Of a stretch of 64,000 nt of DNA, positions 9,151 through 15,990 are shown in pieces. The DNA comes from Bacteroidales bacterium (GTDB lineage Bacteria > Bacteroidota > Bacteroidia > Bacteroidales > JAAUTT01): positions 54,340-118,339 of the forward strand of contig JBBQTB010000011.1 in the NCBI GenBank assembly GCA_038213375.1, read 5' to 3'. Numbering within the stretch: position 1 is the stretch's first letter; each line of letters opens with the position of its first letter. The notes under the pieces were generated by a model that was given only the letters and a program-made list of their open reading frames with translations, searched no databases and was not told the origin of the DNA. The position numbers were made by a program, and so were the translations under genes.

Positions 9151-10380
9151 CTATTGAATGTTTGAGTTACAACTCAGAATTTTTACGTTTTCGAATAAAT
9201 TTTCTGCTTCTACTAAAAGACTTGTAACAAAATCAATACATTTTTCATTGTTAACTAAAGTTACATAAAGATACAAGTCAATATCATGCAACTTTTTGTT
9301 TCCCTTAAACTCAGAAGGGTTATACCAACCTAAAGACCAATCCGAGCTTTTTGTACCTGGTATAGCTTTTTTAACGCAATGGGAACATCTTTCAAATAAT
9401 TCATTTGCATGAATTTTGGTTATCAGGTTTTTTGATAATTTTTGATTTGATTCTCTTGACCAACCACACCTTAATCTATTATCTTTTTTGACTAACCTGT
9501 ATGCAAGATAAACACCAGCACTATCTTCACCTGCCTGCAACTGCACTTTCAAATCAGTATCTTTAATTTCAAATTCGAAACCTCTTTCATTTAATTGCTT
9601 TTCAAGAATTTTAAAGAAATTATCTAAAATTTCATTTTTCAGTGCTTCATACCCGGAAATGATTGCTGGGATAGAACTTAAGTACTCAGGATTTTCACAT
9701 AAAAGTTTTTTTATTTCATTTCCCATGGCATTTATGATTGACTGATTAGTTAAATATTTGATCAAATTAATATATTGATGAATAGTTTCTCTGATCATTG
9801 GAAGTGTTACTGATTCTTTCAAACATTTTTCCAGCCAGGACAAGATATCGACTGAATAGGAAATCCTTTGATATTTATTTTCTTCAAGTTCTTTCCTGCT
9901 TGATTCGCTGGCGTCTTTCCCATCGAGGGTTAAGTAAAGCAATGAAGTGTGTTGATAATTTTTCGAACCATGATTATGATAACGAAATAATTGTGCGATT
10001 TGGTCATCAGCATAGATTTTATTTTCGATAACAATGCAGTTGTTGCTGTTATCAGTTATCAGAATATCTATATTTCCTCCTTCTCTTCCATCCTCCGATA
10101 TTCTTCCTGTGAAATATTCAACAAAGGCTTCTGAATTGTCCGGATCAAAATTTTCTAGTCCAAAATGATCAAGGAATAACTTTAAATACAATGCATTTTG
10201 ACCATGTGTCCCTTTCGAGTTTAATAGTTCAGCTATAAAGGCTGAATGAAGCCTTACCTCCTTTGACTGGATTCCTAACGTTCTGAAAATATTAAAATTC
10301 TCACCTGTGGTTCTGGCTATTTGCTCATAACGCTGAGTAATTGAGGCAATTTCTAAAAATAGGTTGTGGAATTCTGGCAT
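9151..10380 (-). CDS. PD-(D/E)xK nuclease-superfamily protein (409 aa)
   Basis: EVRLHSAFIAELLNSKGTHGQ ... GNIDILITDNSNNCIVIENKIYADDQIAQLFRY gives a D...(I/V)ENK core with a flanking QL-RY motif. Full-length paralogue of the C-terminal ~400 aa of the 868-aa protein at 15991-18597. Confidence 0.65.
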   Translation of the reverse strand: MPEFHNLFLEIASITQRYEQIARTTGENFNIFRTLGIQSKEVRLHSAFIAELLNSKGTHGQNALYLKLFLDHFGLENFDPDNSEAFVEYFTGRISEDGREGGNIDILITDNSNNCIVIENKIYADDQIAQLFRYHNHGSKNYQHTSLLYLTLDGKDASESSRKELEENKYQRISYSVDILSWLEKCLKESVTLPMIRETIHQYINLIKYLTNQSIINAMGNEIKKLLCENPEYLSSIPAIISGYEALKNEILDNFFKILEKQLNERGFEFEIKDTDLKVQLQAGEDSAGVYLAYRLVKKDNRLRCGWSRESNQKLSKNLITKIHANELFERCSHCVKKAIPGTKSSDWSLGWYNPSEFKGNKKLHDIDLYLYVTLVNNEKCIDFVTSLLVEAENLFENVKILSCNSNIQ

Positions 10381-10521
10381 AATTATTTTTTTTGAATATA
10401 AATAAAAATGCTGTATTCAATTCTGCCCATACATCATTTTTAAAAATCCAAAGTTGGAAAATCTGACTGCCACGAATTGGCAGAGCCATATCTTTTATTT
10501 GCCTCAATTAAAATTTAAAAA

Positions 10522-11952
10522 ATGGATTACTTAAAACTTGCTTTAAACAATATGATTGCCTTTGGAGATACAGACATCTTACCAAGTGCTTATGAGTATA
10601 CATATTTAAAGAAAAAAGAAAAGTCACTCAATGGAGTTTTGGCCTTAATTAAAGAAATTTATGCATTTGAATTTAGTAGTTTGCCTATTACGGTTGAAAG
10701 AGATTATGGAAATTCAAGAATAGTTATGTTAATTGACCCATTATTGCATTTAGACTATTTAGCAACGGCAATAAAAATAGCTGAAAAATCGGAAAACAAA
10801 AGAGTACCAATAAATGAGAACAGGGTCCACTCTTATCGTTTTTCACCCGATCTGTTAACAGGAAAACTTTTTGACATTAAGTACGGATTTCATTCCTTCA
10901 AAGAAGCCATAAGTTTTAAAGCGGAATCGTTTAATGGTTTAGTTGTAAAAATCGATATCCGGAGTTTTTACCCATCCATTTTGCCAGAAATTATTAAAAA
11001 TGTTTTAGAAAAAAATGGAATTTGTATTACGCTCATCGAAAAGATTACAAGCCTGATAAACACAATAAATTCAGGAGTAGCAAAGGGGTTACCCATTGGC
11101 GGAAATGCTTCTCGTATACTTGCAGAGCTGGTACTAAACGAAATTGATCAGTACTTGATTTATAAAGAGATTGACTTTATTCGATTCGTTGATGATTTTG
11201 TAATTTTTGTTCCTCATGGCAAGGAGATTAAAGTGATAGATTTATTAAACGAAAAATTAAAAGAATTAAAGTTGAATATAAATTATAGCAAATTAAATAT
11301 ATACGAGTCAAGTCATTTATATTTATGGTCCGATTCTTTTTTAAGTAATATACCTTTTTACAATGATACAGATACCTTCGTGGAACCTGAGCAGGCAGAA
11401 CTATTAATAAGAGGACAAATTGAAAATATTAAAGAAGATAATTTTTTAAATTGGGGATTACTTAAATCATTAAATAAAGAAATATCCATTAACCGTGTAG
11501 CATTGCAGGTTGCTGGGGTTTTGGGCTTTTTGCACAAAGGTTTTGGCATTTATATTCAATGGGTCTTAAACCATTTTGACATCATTGATGACGAGGTATT
11601 TGATAAAATATACAGTGCTATTTCCAATTTACTAATAAATAATCATAGTGTAATTAATAATGAAATTAATAAAGCATTTGCAATTCGATTCTTAGTTAAA
11701 CTTGAAAAACCTCAAACAGTTATATTACTTGATGAATTATATCAACAAAATGAAAACAATGAGTTAGTTAAGTTAAATATTATTCATGTATTTGCACGTT
11801 GGCAAAAAATGGATTGGCTCCAAAAGAACATAAAAGATATCAGGAATTTGAATCTGTGGCAAAGAAGAGCTTTATTGATGAATCTCAAAAACCGGAATTC
11901 AATTTTTCCTGAAACAGAATTAACTCCATTGGAAATACTCCTTTGGAGTTAA
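10522..11952 (+). CDS. reverse transcriptase, UG/Abi-like (defence-associated type), 476 aa
   Basis: RT motifs in order: VVKIDIRSFYPSI (motif A Asp), GLPIGGNASRILAELVLNEID (B), IRFVDDFVIFV (C, xxDD), LKLNINYSKLNI (D/E). N-terminal FGDTDILP. The C-terminal ~200 aa are helical-repeat-like. No maturase, endonuclease or RNase H module. Confidence 0.8.
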   Translation: MDYLKLALNNMIAFGDTDILPSAYEYTYLKKKEKSLNGVLALIKEIYAFEFSSLPITVERDYGNSRIVMLIDPLLHLDYLATAIKIAEKSENKRVPINENRVHSYRFSPDLLTGKLFDIKYGFHSFKEAISFKAESFNGLVVKIDIRSFYPSILPEIIKNVLEKNGICITLIEKITSLINTINSGVAKGLPIGGNASRILAELVLNEIDQYLIYKEIDFIRFVDDFVIFVPHGKEIKVIDLLNEKLKELKLNINYSKLNIYESSHLYLWSDSFLSNIPFYNDTDTFVEPEQAELLIRGQIENIKEDNFLNWGLLKSLNKEISINRVALQVAGVLGFLHKGFGIYIQWVLNHFDIIDDEVFDKIYSAISNLLINNHSVINNEINKAFAIRFLVKLEKPQTVILLDELYQQNENNELVKLNIIHVFARWQKMDWLQKNIKDIRNLNLWQRRALLMNLKNRNSIFPETELTPLEILLWS

Positions 11953-11967
11953 TTCTGATTTTAAATA

Positions 11968-12174
11968 TTAAACTTTTTTAGCTCCCTGTATTATAACATT
12001 TTTTGCAGAAGGGAACATCATTTTAGCCCAACTACTTAACTTATCTCGGCCATTCGGGCTTGAACAGGCAATGTAATCTTCCACTTGTAATTCTAATGTC
12101 TTTTTTTCGATATGGCCAGATCCGTTTTGACCGTAAACCATGAAAGTAACTTCAGCTTTAATTGGTGATGGCAT
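11968..12174 (-). CDS. hypothetical small protein (68 aa)
   Basis: ORF only. Convergent with the RT (15-bp gap) and last in the minus-strand gene string. No motif recognised. Confidence 0.3.
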   Translation of the reverse strand: MPSPIKAEVTFMVYGQNGSGHIEKKTLELQVEDYIACSSPNGRDKLSSWAKMMFPSAKNVIIQGAKKV

Positions 12175-12208
12175 AATCTTAATTTTTGAATTTGTAGTTT
12201 AAATATAT

Positions 12209-12394
12209 CTAAATATTTGAAAAGTTTTGTAATCTAATTTTTACTTCAATCCAGATCTCCTCAATATCAATAATGTCTTGCCAGCATAAATGGGTATGAT
12301 CGTATAAATCGTGGAAAAGTGCACAATGAAATTGGTAACTATTCACCAACCTGCCTTTGAATTCTGAAAATCCAGGTGTTATTAACATTTTCAC
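12209..12394 (-). CDS. hypothetical 61-aa ORF abutting the IS66 end (possibly the displaced 3' part of the gene at 13894-14811)
   Basis: The ORF has a GTG start exactly at the apparent IS boundary. It has the same orientation as the ORF that abuts the other IS end. Confidence 0.3.
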   Translation of the reverse strand: MKMLITPGFSEFKGRLVNSYQFHCALFHDLYDHTHLCWQDIIDIEEIWIEVKIRLQNFSNI

Positions 12395-13913
12395 TGTATA
12401 AGTCCTAATAACTATGGCGTATTAAATGATTGTAAATTAGTTTTATCACTCTATTTTTGGTAAAAATTAAATAGATGACCAGCGAACAAAAACAAATCAT
12501 AGAATTAACCGATAAAGTTGATAAACTTGAATTGCTTGTGCGTATTTTATTAAAAGAAAATGAGTCTATTAAAGTTCTTGAAGCAAAGGTTAAGTCCTTG
12601 GAATTTGAGGTAACGACCTTAAAAGAAGAAAATGAACTTTTAAGACATTCCAAAAACAGTACCAATAGCTCCATTCCACCCTCAAAGGACGAAAATCGTC
12701 CGTTCAAAACCAAAAGTCTGCGTACTTCTGACGGGAAGAAACCTGGCGGCCAAAAAGGTCACCCAGGGAGTACATTAAAAATGGTTGAAAACCCTGATGT
12801 TATCATTGAACATAAACCATCCTCATGTATAAATTGTGGGCTCAGTTTGGAAGGTTCAGCCAGCGAATTACTCGCTCGAAAACAAATCGTTGACATTCCA
12901 CCAATAGTACCTCAATATACAGAACATCGCATATTTAAAAGCATTTGCACCTGTGGGGCACATACAATGTCTTTCTTTCCGGCTGGAGTGAATGCTCCCA
13001 TCAGTTATGGTCCAAATGTAGAGGCTATCATTGCTTATTCTCATGCTTTTCAATATATTCCTGTGCAAAGAATGAGTGAACAATTTTCCAATATCTTTAA
13101 CCTTCCCATCAGTTGCGGTGCCATCTGCGATATTCTGGACCGGTTTGCCAAAAAAGCGAAACCTACCTATTTGCAGATTGCTAAAAACTTAGAAAATAGC
13201 ACGGTCGTTGGTGCAGATGAAACGGGTGCTAAAGTCAACGGTAAATTGGGTTGGTTCTGGACCTGGCAAAATCATTTGGCCACCTTTATTGCATTTTCAT
13301 CTAATCGGGGATTTGCGACCATCAAGGAAAACTTTGCCCAAGGATTTCATAAGGCTATCCTGGTTCATGATTGTTGGAAAAGCCATTTTGACACCAATGT
13401 TAAATCTCATCAAATCTGTATCGCCCATTTACTTCGTGAGCTCAACTATTTAGAAGAGATACATTATAATGATTGGCCCACCAAGTTTAAGCAGTTGTTA
13501 TATGATGCCCTCGACCTTAAAAGATCATTAACTCCGTTACAATACACGGATAAAGTAATTCAAAGAACTCAACTGGAAGAAAGACTGATCAAACTATTGG
13601 AATCAGATATTCCAGTAAAACTGAAGGATATTCGAACCTTCCAAAAACGACTTGTCAAGTATAAAAACTACATATTCCCCTTTCTTTATTATGCTGATGT
13701 TCCACCAGACAATAATGGTTCGGAAAGGGCTATACGTAATGTCAAAGTAAAGTTAAAGGTTTCCGGCCAATTTAAAACCAGCATCGGCGCTCAATCCTAT
13801 GCTATCATTCGATCGATAATTGATACGTGTATTAAAACCGATCAGAATATTTTACTTACCTTTCGTGATATTGCGCTGGCGCAACCTGAATAGTTACTGA
13901 AATTGATGTTTTA
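12395..13913 (+). mobile_element. IS66-family insertion sequence, single-ORF (ISBst12-like) type; ends approximate
   Basis: A transposase gene fills the element. Only weak terminal similarity was seen around a shared TAACTAT core. No target duplication was found, so the boundaries are uncertain by tens of bp. Confidence 0.45.
12475..13893 (+). CDS. IS66-family transposase
   Basis: N-terminal leucine-zipper/coiled coil followed by NSTNSSIPPSKDE; CINCG zinc-finger-like motif; VVGADETGAKVNG; CIAHLLRE; PPDNNGSERAIRNVK. These are the characteristic IS66 TnpC signatures. Confidence 0.9.
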   Translation: MTSEQKQIIELTDKVDKLELLVRILLKENESIKVLEAKVKSLEFEVTTLKEENELLRHSKNSTNSSIPPSKDENRPFKTKSLRTSDGKKPGGQKGHPGSTLKMVENPDVIIEHKPSSCINCGLSLEGSASELLARKQIVDIPPIVPQYTEHRIFKSICTCGAHTMSFFPAGVNAPISYGPNVEAIIAYSHAFQYIPVQRMSEQFSNIFNLPISCGAICDILDRFAKKAKPTYLQIAKNLENSTVVGADETGAKVNGKLGWFWTWQNHLATFIAFSSNRGFATIKENFAQGFHKAILVHDCWKSHFDTNVKSHQICIAHLLRELNYLEEIHYNDWPTKFKQLLYDALDLKRSLTPLQYTDKVIQRTQLEERLIKLLESDIPVKLKDIRTFQKRLVKYKNYIFPFLYYADVPPDNNGSERAIRNVKVKLKVSGQFKTSIGAQSYAIIRSIIDTCIKTDQNILLTFRDIALAQPE

Positions 13914-14811
13914 GAGGGTGATCTTCGAAATGTTGGTATTCATTATGATTGTCGTGTACTAACCCTTTTAAAACTACATCTATACTTTCTTTTTTACTAA
14001 AATGCCACAGAAGAGGAATAAAACTAAAAAAAGGATTCCCTAACATTTCCTCAATATCTCCATACTTTTTTTCGGAAAATAGGGATACTTCAAATTCAAT
14101 TTCATAATCGGATATAAAAGTATCAGCAGATTCAATTTCTTTCAGAACATACTTTTCGAACTTTTCAGCTTTTAAGTAGGCTAGGTGCGACTTTAGTGCT
14201 ACTATTTTATTGATGGCTTCAATACGATTAATATTTTGCTCATTGAAGATAAAATACTTATTTAAGCTGTGTTTCCGCTCACCTAATTGATAAGTCTTAT
14301 TATGGTGCCAGGAAACCCATGATTTAGATAATTCATTATCTAGAAATAATTTATTTAAATACGAAAGTTGATTATAGGAAGTTGCCAATTTCCAGATGGT
14401 ATAACAAGACTCTTTAACTTCGTGTTCTTCAATGTACCTGTAGGACTCCCGTAAATGAATTCGCAGTCCGCTCTCCCCGAAAGCATGGTTGTTATAGTTA
14501 CGATGTGCATTTGAAGCAGTATCGGTAATTATTGAAGCACCAGCCTGCAATACAAGATCAATTTCAGCCAATGTTTTATAAAAATTGATTCTTGTTCCGT
14601 ATCCTCCGCCATTTATTGAAACAAAAACTAAATCATCAGGTGCATAAATTCCACAATTTACCGGAATGTTCTGCTTAGAGGCGTCAATCCCATACTGTTC
14701 AGTTGCCCTTCCTTTCCCTGTTACTGAAAAACCAATAAATTTGGTAGCGATATATGCTTTACTTTGATCTTTTAGTGTATGCTTGTTTTTATAAGTCAGA
14801 AGAAATCCCAT
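13894..14811 (-). CDS. hypothetical protein (305 aa); N-terminal Rossmann-like region with LOG/SLOG-like glycine loops; 3' end runs into IS66
   Basis: GFSVTGKGRATEQYG ... DDLVFVSINGGGYGTRINFYKTLAE resembles the GGGxGT loop of LOG/SLOG domains. Its stop codon (13894-13896) directly abuts the IS66 transposase stop (13891-13893), so its last codons are probably IS-derived. Confidence 0.4.
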   Translation of the reverse strand: MGFLLTYKNKHTLKDQSKAYIATKFIGFSVTGKGRATEQYGIDASKQNIPVNCGIYAPDDLVFVSINGGGYGTRINFYKTLAEIDLVLQAGASIITDTASNAHRNYNNHAFGESGLRIHLRESYRYIEEHEVKESCYTIWKLATSYNQLSYLNKLFLDNELSKSWVSWHHNKTYQLGERKHSLNKYFIFNEQNINRIEAINKIVALKSHLAYLKAEKFEKYVLKEIESADTFISDYEIEFEVSLFSEKKYGDIEEMLGNPFFSFIPLLWHFSKKESIDVVLKGLVHDNHNEYQHFEDHPLKHQFQ

Positions 14812-14845
14812 TTTTTATTAAATTGATAAGATATACTAACCCACT

Positions 14846-15934
14846 TTAGATGTTTTCATCAACAAAATGATTGAACAATGTTTGAGCCCCTGCATAATCC
14901 GGCGGCTTAACAAATTCAGTTACCATTCGCTCTTGCATTACTTGACCGAGAGTTGTTCCGCAAATAGGAGCATCAAGAAAAGTATTATACCCTTTAATGT
15001 TTTTTTTATTTACATTTCTTCGGAATGTAATGGCTGTTTCCATATCTAGTCCGGTAGCAAGCCTGAAAATATTCTCGAGTTGATAGGGATAGGCAATCCA
15101 CCCACCTGATTCGGCAAGCAGTACATCCAACAATGGGTGCTTTTCACCCTTAAACCTTAAAATTGGAATTTTTAAATCCCGAAAATGAGTTACCAGAACA
15201 GTTAAAAGTGTAAAATCAGTCCTGGGAATGCCTGAAAGATGTTCCAAAAAAGAAACAGGTAGTGTAAACGCTCCGACGAAATTGGATACAAACGAAAACA
15301 AACACTTCGGATTTTCTCCAGTTGTATGGACCAGGTATACCCAGGTATCATCATCATTCAGCAATGAGTTTGATTCTTCAAATGAAGGTAGAAGTCTGGC
15401 AAGCTCCTTGTTGCTTTTAAGCATAAAAGATGTTTCTTCCAACTTCAAATGGTTTACAGTCTTTAAGTTATTAACCAAATCCAGTAATGCCAGTTTGAAT
15501 TTTCTGTAAGGGGTGTTGATAAAAAAATAAATGGATTGACCTTTACAGATCACACAATACTCCAAACGAAGCTTGATAATTTTTAAAACTAGTTCTGGAT
15601 TTGAAAGATCAAGGATATTATCATGCAAATAAGTCTCGAAAGTCCGTATATGTGCTGCGTACTCAAAATCCTGCAACTGCACGGAAGCTTTTTTTTCATC
15701 TGCTAACACCATGGCTACATCTATATGTTTATCAACAAACCATTTCTCAGGTAAGGAAACACTATTGATTTCATTAGCTTCAATATCACCCTTTAAAGTA
15801 TCAATAAAGCCAAACCGGAATCCTTTTTGATGCAATTCTTCCAGTTTGGATTTTAATTCGGGCAATTCAGGTTGTGCAAGAAAAACCTGAAAGCTATGAT
15901 GTAATAATTTTTCTAAAGCATTTTCGACATTCAT
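14846..15934 (-). CDS. hypothetical protein (362 aa)
   Basis: ORF in an operon (34- and 56-bp gaps). Ordered motif string NDDD ... RTDFTLLTVL ... AYPYQLENIFRLATGLDMETAITFRRNVNKKN is reminiscent of C-family polymerase palm/finger motifs (see findings). No confident family call. Confidence 0.5.
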   Translation of the reverse strand: MNVENALEKLLHHSFQVFLAQPELPELKSKLEELHQKGFRFGFIDTLKGDIEANEINSVSLPEKWFVDKHIDVAMVLADEKKASVQLQDFEYAAHIRTFETYLHDNILDLSNPELVLKIIKLRLEYCVICKGQSIYFFINTPYRKFKLALLDLVNNLKTVNHLKLEETSFMLKSNKELARLLPSFEESNSLLNDDDTWVYLVHTTGENPKCLFSFVSNFVGAFTLPVSFLEHLSGIPRTDFTLLTVLVTHFRDLKIPILRFKGEKHPLLDVLLAESGGWIAYPYQLENIFRLATGLDMETAITFRRNVNKKNIKGYNTFLDAPICGTTLGQVMQERMVTEFVKPPDYAGAQTLFNHFVDENI

Positions 15935-15990
15935 GACCTTTTTTATGCAATGTTAAAAAGCCGGAACGCCAAAATGAGTCGCACTTAATT

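Noticed and set aside
10381-10521. Possible structured ncRNA (retron msr/msd, DRT2/DRT9-type template RNA) upstream of the RT
   Set aside because: Only 141 bp are available. I see just a T8 run and one 6-bp hairpin (10467-10483). There are no long inverted repeats flanking a template region. That is not enough evidence to call an RNA gene, so I kept it as a check item in the RT finding.
10522-11952. RT as part of a diversity-generating retroelement or group II intron
   Set aside because: No TR/VR repeat pair or Avd-like gene was noticed nearby. There is no maturase, endonuclease or intron RNA domain context. The motif C context (FVDDF) and helical C-terminus fit the UG/Abi types better.
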